Assembly (NCBI GenBank): GCA_043228905.1
Contig: JBHGNT010000021.1
Coordinates: forward strand, 8,122,001 to 8,186,000
Reading direction: 5' to 3'
DNA: 64,000 nt
DNA from: Azolla caroliniana
Taxonomy: Eukaryota > Plantae > Polypodiophyta
Shown: positions 22,604 to 35,198 of the stretch, piece after piece
How the letters are laid out: every line of letters starts with the position of its first letter
Numbering within the stretch: position 1 is the first letter of the stretch
Translations under genes and position numbers: made by a program
Notes under the pieces: model-generated
Seen by the model: the letters and a program-made list of their open reading frames with translations, nothing else
The model's database searches: none
What the model was told of the DNA's origin: nothing

Positions 22604-25600
22604 GTCCAGCCAAAATAGGAGCCGTTTGGTTGGACAGCCCTAGATCTGTGCAGCCCATTAGTGGTTCCATTCCCTCTAAGCAAGTTAGTGATGTGTTCGT
22701 AGCCCAAGTAGCAGTTAGTACTAAAAGTACCCCTCCAGTACATACCTTAGCCCTTCTAGATTCCGGAGCTAATTCTTGCTTCATGGATAGGAATTTTGCC
22801 CGAGCTCATCAGATATCTCTCAGAAAGCTCCCATGTCCAGCCTCAGTAGTAGTCATTGATGGTCGTCCCATTGCTTCTGGTAATATCATAGAAGAGTCGG
22901 AACCCGTTAATATTGTCCTAGATAACTTAACATGTGTAGTATCATTTAATATTATTAGTATTCCAGAACATCCCATAGTTTTAGGATTACCATGGTTCGA
23001 GTTACATGACCCAGACATAGATTGGAGGACAAGGGAAATCCGGTTGCGACAAACCCAAGGATCTACCCAGAAGGTTGCAACCATTTCGCTACGTCAGTTG
23101 CGTGAGGAAGGGCGCAAGGAGGAAATGTTTCTCTTTGCAATATCAGTACAACCCTCCAGCACCACCAAAGAGGAGTCCACCGTTCAACTTCCCGAGAAGT
23201 ATCGTCAGTATGCTGATGTGTTCGATAAAGTACAAGCAAACACACTTCCTCATCATCGGCCGTACGACTGCGCCATCGACTTACAACCGGGAAAAGAGCC
23301 GCCATGGGGGCCGATCTACAATTTGTCACCAACCGAGCTAGAAGTCCTTCGAGCCTATATAGAGGAGAATTTGGAGAACGGTTTCATTCGGCATTCGAAA
23401 TCTCCAGCCGGCGCACCCATTTTCTTCGTCAAGAAAAAAGATGGCTCGCTTCGACTCGTTGTAGATTACCGTGGCTTGAATAAGGTCACAGTAAGAAATA
23501 GGTATGCTCTTCCCCTTATCTCAAGTCTTTTAGAACGGATCAACGGTGCCAGGTTCTTCACGAAGATCGACTTACGAGGAGCCTATAACCTCGTACGGAT
23601 CCGACCAGGAGATGAATGGAAGACCGCGTTTCGCACCAGATATGGGCACTTCGAGTATACGGTCATGCCGTTCGGACTCACTAATGCGCCGGCAGTCTTC
23701 CAGCACATGGCGAATGATATATTTCGAGATCTCTTGGATGATTTTTTGATCATCTATTTGGATGATCTACTGGTTTATTCAAAGACCCAAGAAGAACATG
23801 ATTCTCATGTACTATTAGTACTAAAACGACTTCGAGAACATGGTCTGTATGCAAAGTTAGAGAAATGTAGTTTCGGGTGCGCAACCAAGTGGAGTTTCTC
23901 GGCTATGTCATCTCCTCAGAAGGAATATCTATGGACCCAGCCAAGGTCAAAACGGTGATAGAATGGCACACTCCGCGTTCGGTGCGGGATGTGCAATGCT
24001 TCCTAGGCTTTGCAAATTTCTACCGGAAGTTCATACAAAATTACTCAAAAATTGTGCTGCCTCTCACACAGCTCACCAGGAAGGGACAATCATTCATTTG
24101 GTCTAAAGAGACGGACATGGCTTTCGAGAGTCTTAAGAAGGCGTTTACATCAGCTCCAATTTTAGGTCATGTGGATCCGGAAAAACCATTCATTATCGAA
24201 GCTGACGCATCGGATTTCGCATTGGGGAGCATTCTGTCACAACAGGGTAATGACGAGAAGCTACATCCTGTGGCTTTCCACTCCCGTAAGTTTGACGCCG
24301 CCGAAATCAACTACGAAATTCATGATAAAGAGCTATTAGCAATAGTTGATTCTTTTATGCAATGGAGGCATTTCCTGGAGGGATCTCCTCATCAGGTCAC
24401 TGTATTCAGTGACCACAAGAACCTTGCCTACTTTCAAGATGCTCGTGTACTGAATCGACGTCAAGCTCGGTGGGCCCACTTCCTCACACGCTTCGACTTC
24501 AAAATTACATATCGTCCGGGGAAGCACCAAGGGAAGGCGGATGCATTATCACGGCGTTCGTATCTAACACCACGTCCCGGTGAGCCAGCTTTCGATAACC
24601 AGAAGCAAGTAATCTTGGGACCAGCACGACTGCAAGCAGCACAGGTCTTTGACATGCCCGTGGATTCCGACATTACCAATACTATACGTGAGGACTTGAA
24701 GACTGACGCTTTCGCCCAAGCTATACTAGCACAAATTGACCCCTCTCGAGCGTCATGTTCACAATCACAATCACCAGGTACGGATTATCGGCAATTCAAA
24801 TACTGTGATGGATTACTCTTCTTTAAAGAACTTTTGTATGTTCCTAATGGTTCTTGCCGCCTTCGAGTAGTACAAAACTGCCATGACACATATACAGCAG
24901 GACATTTTGGTAGTACTAAAACATTAGATTTAGTACAACGATCATTCTGGTGGCCCCGTATGCGACAATTTGTCGAAGATTTTGTTCGGACTTGCGATAC
25001 ATGCTGCAGAGCGAAAATGCCAAGACATCATCCATATGGTTTATTAGAACCATTACCAATTCCAAGCAAGCCATGGCAATCCATTGCTCTTGACTTCATT
25101 ACAGATCTTCCAGTCTCTAAGGGATTCAGTGCGATTCTCACAGTGGTGGATCGATATACGAAGATGGCTCATTTCTTACCATGTACTAAAGAAATATCTA
25201 GTGAAGACACCGCCGAAATTGTCATGCGGGAAGTATGTCGGCATCATGGACTCCCTGATAATATCATCAGCGATCGTGGACCCCAGTTTGTGTCAAAATT
25301 CTGGAAGCACCTTTTTAAAATGCTGAAGGTCACTTGTAACCTCTCCTCCGGCTACCACCCACAAACCGACGGTCAAGCCGAACGAACAAATCAAACACTG
25401 GAGCAGTATCTGCGGTGCTTTCTCAACTATCATCAGAATGACTGGGCAGATATTCTTCAGTTCGCCGAATTTGCCTATAATAACGCTATCCACGCATCGA
25501 CTAAAGTCACGCCATTCTACGCTTATACGGGATATCATCCCCGGTGGTGTGTCCTTGAAACCCCAGAAGTGTCCACAAATCCTTGCGCGGAGGATCGTTT

Positions 25601-26189
25601 GGAGCGGTTACGCAAGATACAAGGGGATTTATCTACTCAACTCCAGCAAGCTCAACAATCACACAAGGACTACGCAGATCGTCATCGACTTCCATCCAGT
25701 TTTAACATTGGAGATCGGGTGTGGCTGCTGCGACGACACATCAAGACTACTCGCCCATGTGAGAAGTTGGATTATCGGCGATTAGGTCCTTTCCGTATTA
25801 TCGGGAAGATTAATGATGTCGCTTTTCGTCTCGAGCTACCTCCGCAACTTCGGATACACCCGGTGTTTCATAGTTCTCTCCTCGAACCCTATCACGAGAG
25901 CACTATCCCAGGACGTACTATACAACCTCCACCTCCTATCGAGCTCGAAGATGGACCTGAGTATGAGGTCGCTGCCATCCTCGATTCCAAGATTGTTCGC
26001 AACAAGCTCTACTATCTAGTCGATTGGCTAGGATATAGTCCCAGCGAGCGTACTTGGGAACCGATCGAGAATGTGACCAATGCTCGTGCTCTTCTAGAAG
26101 ACTTCCATCGACGATATCCCGAGAAACCGGGTCCTCAATCCAAAACGACTCGTGAAACTCGTCGTTTTAAAGGGGGGATAGTGTCATAA
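22591..26189 (+). CDS. G Pol (PR-RT-RH-IN-chromodomain) in the -1 frame; one frameshift near 23878
   Basis: LLDSGANSCF, YLDDLL, EADASDFALG, HHCC/DDE integrase, GPF motif, EYEVAAIL..YLVDWLGYSPSERTWEP chromodomain. Confidence 0.92.
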
Positions 26190-26645
26190 CTAGACTCGAA
26201 CCCATAACCTTTTGTTACACGGGTCGAGACTTTACCATTAGGTTATGAATTGTAATTTGAAGGATATTATTTTCATTTAGGTTTTATTGGGAAATTGATG
26301 TATATTCCAGATTTCTCTAGAACATTCTAGAAACTTCAGGAGTATTCCTGAAGACACTATAAAAGGAGGCGCAAGGCATTAGTTCGAACCAAATCGGTTC
26401 AACGCCAGTCTTAAGCCTTCTAACTACTGTTGTATATCTTCCTTCATATAATACATATATCTTTCGCATCATCATTCTCTCTCTCTCTCTCTCTCTCTCA
26501 CCCACTCACTCATTCCTTCTCTCAAAGTTCGACACCTCTCATAGTACTAATCCTTCTCTGTCTTAGTACTATTCCCCAACAATAGTACTAATCCTTCTTT
26601 TAGTACTAATTCCTTCTCTGCCTTAATAGAGTTCCTGACAGGTGA

Positions 26646-29600
26646 AAGTCTCCACAAGCAAAGACCATGCAGTATTTTTCGCCATTTGTTACTTTCCCCC
26701 AAAAGGATCCCGTTATAATATTAGTGGCTTGACGAGATTAGTCGATGAAGGAATGCCACATGGGCCTTCTCCATACGAACCCCTATCAGATGACATAATC
26801 CGATATTCTTCCCAAGGAGAAGTATTTCTTGTAGGAGACTTCAATGCGAGAACCCAATCCCGACAATGCACAGTATTTCAGATGAATAGAAACCTAGAAA
26901 TGGTAAATGTTGATCCTTTAGACATAGGCACCACACGTAGATCAAAGGATCAAGGTGCGGACGCCACGAGCTTTGGCCATCACTTGCTCGAACTTGGCAG
27001 TCGGCACCAGATGGTCATATATAATGGTTTAGCTAAGTGGCCGGGCTCGGAAGAGCTCACATGTTTCCCACATGGAGGAGGGGAAAGCACAGTTGACTAT
27101 CTAATAGGGCGCCCGGCAGCTACCCACTTGATTAACTCCTTCCGAGTGGCCCCATGCCCTATTGGCGCAGACCATAGCTTCTTATACTTCGAGCTAAAAT
27201 GTGATATCTCTAAGGTCACCAAGTCTAGTCAACCATGCCATCACACCACAATACATTTCACACATGAGCTCTCTGACATATACTCTCAACATGTTCAGGC
27301 CCATCTCCCCTCCATTGATCCCTCTCTACCGTTAGAAAGCCTTAGTACAAAACTCACACACATCCTTCACTCCGCAGCAGCTAGCAGTTTCCCATATACA
27401 AAACACTCAAATCAAGGTAGATCAGGATCAATGCCACAAAATAAATGGTATGACGAGGATTGTAGGGACCTACATAGACAACTTACAGTATCACAACTCA
27501 ATGGTAGTATTACCTCCACACAAGCTCGCAAAGAAATGCGTAAGATGACACGTCGTAAGAGACGAGCGTGGGAGGCATCCCAATACTGGGAACTCTACCA
27601 TATGCTCATGAGTAGCGATTGCGCCACGGCATGGAAGAGACTACGGGAGCCAAGACCACAAACACCCATCGAAGATCCCGAAACTTGGCACACATATACA
27701 GAGAGACTTTACCAAATCCCAAACCAACCACCTTTTTCAATGCCTTCCACACCCCGGCCTACCACGGGGACACTTTTCACGACCTCTAGGGTCATGAAGG
27801 TCATAAAGAAATTACAACATAGGAAGTCCATGGACCACACAAGATTGCGAGCAGAACACATTATATATGCGAGAGAGTGCCTAGCTCCCTTGCTAACTCT
27901 AATCTTCAATCGTGCCCTTGCGGAGGGTTTTCCACCACAGTGGACTATGAATACAGTGACCCCCATACATAAAGGGGGGGACCCCATGGACCCAAATACA
28001 TATAGGACCATTATGATAGGCCATACCCTTGTTAAGTTATATGGTGCAGTAATGGAAGCAGAGCTTAGCGACTACATGGAGACCCTAAACCTTCGTGCAC
28101 TTGAACAAGCTGTCTTTAGACGAGCCTTCTCCACTATTGATCACATCTTCACACTTAGATGCCTAATTGACCAAACTAGGGCTCGCAAGAAGAGATTATA
28201 TTGTTGTTTTGTGGACTTCCGCAAAGCCTTTGACACAGTCCCTAGAGATCGGTTGTCTGATAGACTTAAAAGCTTGAGGATACCAGATGATATGGTATGG
28301 GCCATCTACGCACTATATGAACAAGTGTCCGGGTGTGTCCGATGCCCAGGTGGCCTATCCAATCGTTTCACTAGCACTATTGGTGTAAAACAAGGTTGCC
28401 CCCTATCACCGACGCTTTTTGGGATCTTTATTGATGAGGTCACAGATTTTATTGCTCGTGAGGGAGGCACCGGAGTGGTCCTTGGGGATACGCAGGTTCG
28501 TATCTTGCTCTATGCGGATGACATAGTTTTGCTCTCTGAATCTGAACACGACCTACAGAGGCACCTCAATGCCTTAGATGACTTTTGTGTACAACGAGGA
28601 TTGGTAGTGAATCTAGGGAAAACGAAAGTCCTTATCTTCCACACATCGGCCCAAGTTAGAGCTAAGTGTCACCTAACTATCTCCCATAGCCCAATCGAGG
28701 TGGTTGGATCGTACGTATATCTCGGAGTCACTTTTAGTGCCCGCTCAGGTAAATTTTCGATGACACAGGCAGCGAAGGATAGACTCACGAGAGGACATGC
28801 ATCCCTCTCACTCCTAGAGAGACAATGCCACCAAGCACACTTTCAAGAGCCACGGACTAAAGGGTGGCTCTTTGACTCATTAGTGACCCCCTCCCTCATG
28901 TATGCATCAGCGGTTTAGGCTCCAGGATTACCATCCTTCATGTGGACGCAATTAGAGAGACCATTGGTGATGATGCTATCACGCCAACTCCGAAGCAAAT
29001 CGACTGTACCACATGACATTATTAGGGCCGAGTTCACGTTACCCCCAATGCTAGTAGAGGCACTTTTTCAACTTGTAGTCTTTATTGATAGGATACATAG
29101 CCAACCACATGATAGAATATCTCATCAAGCCTTTAAGGCCTCTCGATCATTGTATGAGTCCGGCTATACTAGCTCATGGTATGGCATGATGGTGACTTGG
29201 CTTCTTGCGAATGGTCTAGACATTAATAACCTACCTCCCCTTAGGTACAACCACACGAGTGATAACACCTTAATCTCTCATGAGAACCGCAATAAAGTAA
29301 TACGCCAAGAAATATGGCAAATTTACGGTCGGTGTAAATGGATCACCCCACTAGAGCCACTCCCATCTAAAATGTCGTACTATAAGAAACACTTCATGCA
29401 CTTCTCTGAGTTAGGTTTTATCACACGGCCAAAATATCTAGATGTATTCTTACCACATGCACTAAGGGTTGCCATTGGACAACTTAGAATATCGTCTCAC
29501 CAACTTGAGATTGAAAATGGCCGTACTAGTGGAGTCCCTAGGGAGGAAAGGATATGTAGGTTATGTCACATAGAGATAGAGGATGAGTACCACTTTACAT

Positions 29601-29978
29601 GCAAGTGTCCAACCTATGCCGAGATAAGGGCAAAATACCAAGACATACTTGGTCCGTCTCCCACCCTCCCCAAACTATTAGATACTCTAGATATAAAGAA
29701 ATTAGGCAAATACATTCTAGAGCTAAAACAACACAGAGAGAATAAATTACAAAATGTTGACAATAATGTTGCTAATGATCACGAACATGTAACAAATGCA
29801 ATTTTTCAGGAACCTGAGGAGACAACGAATGCCGACACACTTGCACCACTCGGCCTTTCCATTGATGAGGCAGAAAACCAGAGAAGAACCAGACATCCTC
29901 GGGTGCCGGGTTTCAAAACAACTCAACGTGATGTGGAAGCAATATTGAAAATAAGGGAACGTGAGCTACACCGCCTAG
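26646..29978 (+). pseudogene. LINE-a ORF2 (APE endonuclease, RT, zinc knuckle), premature stop at 28916
   Basis: GDFNAR, VDY, ADH, FVDFRKAFD, GVKQGCPLSPTLF, YADD, YLG, CCHC. Confidence 0.92.
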
Positions 29979-30435
29979 TGTCAAGACTGAGAGAGAGAAA
30001 GAGAGAGAAAAAGAGATAGAGAGATAATTGAAAGAGAATTATTATATTGAAGCGTAAAATGGATTACAAAGAGTAGGCTACAAAATGGCGTTGAACCAAT
30101 TTAGGTTTGGGATGGGTGGTAGATCCCTATTTATAAGTAATAGAGAACTCTCTAGAATATTCTAGGTTATCCTAGAATGTAGAGTAATCTAGAAGATCTC
30201 TAGAGTATTCTAGAAGGTTCTAGTGGTATAGAACACTCTAGAATATTCTAGGTCATTCTAGAATGTAGAGTAATATAGAATATTCATATGATATTAGATT
30301 TCATATTCTAGAGACTATAAGAATATTAATACAATGGTTAAGGATTTGACATGTGTACAACAAGGTCGTGGGTTCAAATCCTTTCGAGTCATAATGTGAG
30401 TGTCATGATCCTTTCGATGCATGATGTGACTGTTA

Positions 30436-33400
30436 TCATGACACTATCCCCCTTCTTCGACGACACGTCTCACAGGTCGTAGGGTTTGTATTAGGACCTG
30501 GTTTACAAGGATATTGGCGATGAAATGCATTGACGAGTTCTGCAGCATTGGAAAGATTTGTGGCAGGTTCCCAAGTTCGATCATTGGGGGTATAGCCTAG
30601 CCAATCGACCAAGTAATACAACTTGTTGCGCACGATTTTAGAATCGAGAACGGCAGCAACTTCAAATTCAGGCCCATCCAAGAACTCGACAGGTGGTGGG
30701 GGTGTCGTAAGACGGCCCGGAATTGAACTTGTAGTATAAGGTTCCAAAAGGGATACATGACACACCGGATGAAGATGCATGTGCGGAGGGAGGTCAAGAC
30801 GAAATGCAACATCACTTATCTTACCAGTGATCATGTAAGGGCCAAAACGTTGGTAATCCAATTTACTGCAAGGTCGAGTGGTCTTGATGTTGTGTTGGAG
30901 AAGCCATACATGATCCCCAATGCGGAACTTTTTTGAGGAGTCTAGACGATGACGATCGGCAAGCCTCTTGTGTGTAAATTGAGCATCGTGCAAATTGTGG
31001 AGAATGTTAGCTTGAATTTCTTGGAGGCGACTAAGACGATCCTCGGCAGCAGGGTTGGTAGGAACTTCTGGATGCGCATTCATCGTCCATCGAGGATGAC
31101 AGCCCGTATTTGCGAAAAATGGGGAATATCCTGTAGAAGAATGGGTTGAGTTGTTGTAAGCGAATTCCGCCAAGTGCAAAAATGCAACCCAATCATCTTG
31201 TTGATAGTTGATGAAACAACGAAGATATTGTTCCAATGTCTGGTTGGTACGCTCTGTTTGGCCATTTGTTTCAGGATGATAGCCCGAAGAAAGCTTAACT
31301 GAAATGTGGAGAAGTTTGAACAGGTGCTTCCAAAACTTTGAGATGAATTGTGGACCACGATCACTAATAATATCATCTGGCAGACCATGATGCTTAAATA
31401 CCTCCCGCATAACGAGATCAGTCGTCTCTTGACTAGTAATCGACTTTGTACATGGCAAGAAATGTGCCATTTTGGTAAATCGATCAACCACTGTGAGAAT
31501 TGCATCAAAACCTTTTGAAACTGGGAGATCAGTAATGAAGTCCAAGGATATAGACTTCCAAGGTGTTTCTGGAATGGGAAGTGGTTGTAGTAAGCCATAG
31601 GGTCGGTGATGAGGATTCTTTGATCGACAACATATATCACAACTCCGAACATACTCCTCAACAAAATGACGAAGGTGAGGCCACCAATAGCATCGAGAAA
31701 TTAATTCTAGAGTCTTGTGCACTCCAAAATGACCAGCCATTGGTGAGTCATGGCAATGTTGCAAAACTTGTAGCCGTGGGGGACCATCAGGAACATACAA
31801 TAAATTTTGTCGAAATAGAAAACCATCATGCCAATAAAACTGACAATAGTCATTACGAGGATTTTTCGACTGTGAGCAAGAAGCACGATCCGGGACGATA
31901 TGATCCAAAACATCCTTGGCGAAATCATCAGTGGCCATATGATCTCGAATGGAATCAAGAAGAGTGGAATTTTCAAGAGTTGTTATGGCGTTAACTACCA
32001 TTAATCGTAATCGATTAGGACCCAAAAGGATTTGTTTTTGATGCTCAAAAGCAGGTTCCCCTGGACGAAGTTCCATATAAGAGCGCCGAGAAAGAGCATC
32101 TGCTTTGCCTTGCTGCATCCCAGGGCGATATATGATGATAAAGTCGAAGTGAGTCAAAAATTGCGCCCACCGGGCTTGTCGCCGACTCAAGACTCGAGCA
32201 TTTTGGAAATAAGTCAGGTTCTTATGATCATTGTAGACAATGATCTGCTGAGAAGAACCTTCTAGGAAATGTCGCCATTGTTGAAACGAATCCACGATTG
32301 CAAGAAGCTCTTTGTCATGGATCTCGTAGTTGATCTCTGCAGCTTCAAACTTTCGTGAATGAAAGGCGACAGGGTGTAGTTGTCCATCATCTCCAGTCTG
32401 CGAGAGGACACTCCCTAGTGCAAAATCGGATGCATCGGCTTCGAGGATGAAGCGTTTTGTTGGGTCAACATGTGCTAAGATAGGTGCCGTTGTAAATGCT
32501 CGTTTTAAGCTTTCGAATGCCTCGGATGCATCTGAACTCCATATAAATGGTTGATCTTTATGTGTGAGCTGAGTAAGCGGAAGCACAACCTTGGAATAAT
32601 CTTTAATAAATTTTCGATAAAAATTTGCAAACCCGAGAAAACATTGCACATCACGCACTGAAAGGGGCATTTGCCACTCTAAAATTGCCTGTACCTTCAT
32701 GGGGTCCATAGCAATACCATTTGACGATACAACATACCCCAAAAATTCCACTTGATTCTGGCCGAAACTACACTTTTCTAATTTTGCGTAGAGACCATAT
32801 TCTCGGAGTCGGCACAGTACTTGACGAACATGTGCATCATGCTCCTCTTGGGTCTTTGAGTAGATTAAAATATCATCTAGGTAAACTATAGTGAAGATAT
32901 CAAGAAAATCTCGAAAAATATCGTTCGCCATATGTTGGAAAACAGCAGGTGCATTCGTGAGACCAAATGGCATCACTGTATACTCAAAATGTCCATAGCG
33001 AGTGCGGAAAGCTGTCTTCCATTCATCCCCCGGGCGAATCCAAACTAGATTATATGCTCCGCGAAGGTCCAACTTCGTGAAATATTTTGCACCACTGAGA
33101 CGTTCCAAAAGATTCGGGATTAATGGTAGAGCATATCTATTTCGGATAGTCACTTTGTTTAGCCCTCGATAATCCACGACCAACCGAAGAGTCCCATTCT
33201 TCTTCTTAACGAAGAAGATAGGTGCACCAGCAGGGGATCTAGAATGCCGAATGAATCCGTTTGCCAGATTCTCATCAATATATTCCCGCAAAGTCTCTAG
33301 CTCTACAGGGGAGAGATTATAAATTGGGCCCCATGGAGGTTCTTTCCCTGGTTGTAAGTCAATAGGGCAGTCGTATGGCCGATGCTCCGGCAATGTATTG

Positions 33401-34086
33401 GCCTTCACCTTATCAAAGACATCTGAAAACTCCTTGTATTTCTCTGGTAGTTTAATATCCACGTCACGTGAAGTGGATGATGGAGTTGCTACTATTGCGA
33501 AGACGAACATGGCCTCGTTCCCCCCTTCCTCCCGCAACTGTCGTAAAGAGATGGGCGATAACTCCGGGGATCTATTAGCACATGTAGGAGAGAGGGATGC
33601 GGGATTTGTGCTTTTTTCCCGAGTCTCCTCAATTGTTCTTTTCATCCAATCAATCTTCGGGTTATGGAGTTCAAACCAGGGGAGACCTAGAACTATTGGG
33701 TGGTCCGGACTGCGAATAATATTGAAAGAGATTATGCTTGCCAAATTGCCAAGAACTATCCTAATTGGCTCGGACTCCTCGACTATATCTCCTGATGCTA
33801 TGGGACGTCCATCGATGACTCCTACGGCTACGGGGTTGGGAAGCTTATTCAAGAGGATGTTTTGTGACAAGGCAAATTCACGATCCATGAAACAAGAGTT
33901 GGCTCCAGAATCTAGAAGGGCAGAGGCTAGGACTCGATGACATGTAGATGTGGTAAGCTCGACTTGTGCTGAAAAAACTCGACTCACTTGATTTGATGAA
34001 ATGGAACCACGACTAGGAACTAACTCTACATAGCTAGGATGGTCCAGCCAAATGGCTCCTATTTTGGCCGGACTTACTCGTTTAAC
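30436..34086 (-). CDS. H Pol (PR-RT-RH-IN-chromodomain)
   Basis: 1183-aa ORF in the track, open upstream to the slippery site; LLDSGANSCF, YLDDIL, chromodomain. Confidence 0.95.
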   Translation of the reverse strand, partial: VKRVSPAKIGAIWLDHPSYVELVPSRGSISSNQVSRVFSAQVELTTSTCHRVLASALLDSGANSCFMDREFALSQNILLNKLPNPVAVGVIDGRPIASGDIVEESEPIRIVLGNLASIISFNIIRSPDHPIVLGLPWFELHNPKIDWMKRTIEETREKSTNPASLSPTCANRSPELSPISLRQLREEGGNEAMFVFAIVATPSSTSRDVDIKLPEKYKEFSDVFDKVKANTLPEHRPYDCPIDLQPGKEPPWGPIYNLSPVELETLREYIDENLANGFIRHSRSPAGAPIFFVKKKNGTLRLVVDYRGLNKVTIRNRYALPLIPNLLERLSGAKYFTKLDLRGAYNLVWIRPGDEWKTAFRTRYGHFEYTVMPFGLTNAPAVFQHMANDIFRDFLDIFTIVYLDDILIYSKTQEEHDAHVRQVLCRLREYGLYAKLEKCSFGQNQVEFLGYVVSSNGIAMDPMKVQAILEWQMPLSVRDVQCFLGFANFYRKFIKDYSKVVLPLTQLTHKDQPFIWSSDASEAFESLKRAFTTAPILAHVDPTKRFILEADASDFALGSVLSQTGDDGQLHPVAFHSRKFEAAEINYEIHDKELLAIVDSFQQWRHFLEGSSQQIIVYNDHKNLTYFQNARVLSRRQARWAQFLTHFDFIIIYRPGMQQGKADALSRRSYMELRPGEPAFEHQKQILLGPNRLRLMVVNAITTLENSTLLDSIRDHMATDDFAKDVLDHIVPDRASCSQSKNPRNDYCQFYWHDGFLFRQNLLYVPDGPPRLQVLQHCHDSPMAGHFGVHKTLELISRCYWWPHLRHFVEEYVRSCDICCRSKNPHHRPYGLLQPLPIPETPWKSISLDFITDLPVSKGFDAILTVVDRFTKMAHFLPCTKSITSQETTDLVMREVFKHHGLPDDIISDRGPQFISKFWKHLFKLLHISVKLSSGYHPETNGQTERTNQTLEQYLRCFINYQQDDWVAFLHLAEFAYNNSTHSSTGYSPFFANTGCHPRWTMNAHPEVPTNPAAEDRLSRLQEIQANILHNLHDAQFTHKRLADRHRLDSSKKFRIGDHVWLLQHNIKTTRPCSKLDYQRFGPYMITGKISDVAFRLDLPPHMHLHPVCHVSLLEPYTTSSIPGRLTTPPPPVEFLDGPEFEVAAVLDSKIVRNKLYYLVDWLGYTPNDRTWEPATNLSNAAELVNAFHRQYPCKPGPNTNPTTCETCRRRRGIVS

Positions 34087-35198
34087 ACATCCTCTAATTG
34101 ACTCAAGACATCGAATCTATTCTCATGACATGGACTATGAGGCTTATTTATGTTATTAGAAGTAACAATAGAACTCGATGTAGGGTTTTCATGGGCACTT
34201 ACTTGGTATACTTGACGCCTAGGTTTATGTGGACAATTTACAGCTATATGTCCTGGACCACCACAATACAGGCAGAGGCGATGCGCTCGACGTCGTTGCT
34301 TCTCAGCATCTGATAACGGCCCACGACGTTGTGTTGACTCTATTTCCATCGGAGTTGGGCCATCCCTTGTAATGGGTCTAGAAACTTGTGGAGGCGTTGC
34401 GACTACGGAAGCGTAAGTCTGTTCAGGTTGGCGGCGTAACATTTGTTGGCGCTCAGAACGTCGCTCAAATAGGCGATTATCACATCGCACAGCTCGACTA
34501 ATGGCTTCTGTAAGTGACTTCGGATCTTCAGGGAAAGTAAGAAGAAGATCTTTGACATCATTTCTCAAACCTTGACGGAATTGATCCATTAAAGCTGCCT
34601 CATCCCAAGGGATATCGCATGCCAAGAGACGGAAATCGGCTGCATAAGACGACGCGGGACGATCTCCTTGTCGGAGCCTTCGAATCTTGTTTATCGCTGT
34701 CCTAGTGTTGTCGGTGTCTCCGAAACTAGCTTGAAACTCTTTAACAAAGGCCTCGAAATCCTCCAACAATGGTGATTTCTTCTCGAGAAGTGGTGCGAAC
34801 CATGCTAACGCCGTACCGCATAGCAAAGTTCCCACTAATCCCACACGAGCAGCATCGGTTGGATACCGATTGGGATGTAGCTGAATAACTAAACGAACTT
34901 GATTCAAAAAGCCTCGAAATAAAGACCTCATACCATCAAACTTGGCAGGGAGGCTGATCTTTGGCTCTCTAGGGGAGTTCTGAGCCCCCGACGCTTGCTC
35001 TCGTAATGACAATATAGTCGCCTCAAGTTGATGAACCCGCTGTGATAACTCTTCATATTGTTGAGCTTTTTCGGCGCTCACGTGTTGTAGATCTCCAAGT
35101 AGCCTTTGATTCTCATGCTCTAATGCCACAAATTTATTCATGAGCATGTCGAGCTCAGAAAGAACACGCGTGTATTCTTGTTTGCTCACGGACTCCAT
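34074..35198 (-). CDS. H Gag
   Basis: 374 aa, homologous to G Gag, CLYCGGPGHIAVNCP. Confidence 0.95.
   Translation of the reverse strand: MESVSKQEYTRVLSELDMLMNKFVALEHENQRLLGDLQHVSAEKAQQYEELSQRVHQLEATILSLREQASGAQNSPREPKISLPAKFDGMRSLFRGFLNQVRLVIQLHPNRYPTDAARVGLVGTLLCGTALAWFAPLLEKKSPLLEDFEAFVKEFQASFGDTDNTRTAINKIRRLRQGDRPASSYAADFRLLACDIPWDEAALMDQFRQGLRNDVKDLLLTFPEDPKSLTEAISRAVRCDNRLFERRSERQQMLRRQPEQTYASVVATPPQVSRPITRDGPTPMEIESTQRRGPLSDAEKQRRRAHRLCLYCGGPGHIAVNCPHKPRRQVYQVSAHENPTSSSIVTSNNINKPHSPCHENRFDVLSQLEDVLNE

Larger units (their letters stand above)
20887..26640 (+). mobile_element. Tcn1-like chromovirus G (very recent)
   Basis: 459-bp LTRs 20887-21345 and 26182-26640 with one mismatch seen, TSD GGTGA, PPT AAAGGGGGGATAG, PR-RT-RH-IN-chromodomain. 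Confidence 0.96.

Noticed and set aside
23870-23885. Programmed frameshift inside the RT of G
   Set aside because: The homologous H sequence is continuous (KCSFGQNQVEFLG) and there is no slippery motif; a mutation or sequencing error.
29979-30019. Basic C-terminus RLRERKREKKR on LINE-a ORF2
   Set aside because: Read-through into the H LTR; the true ORF2 end resumes at 35757-35845.
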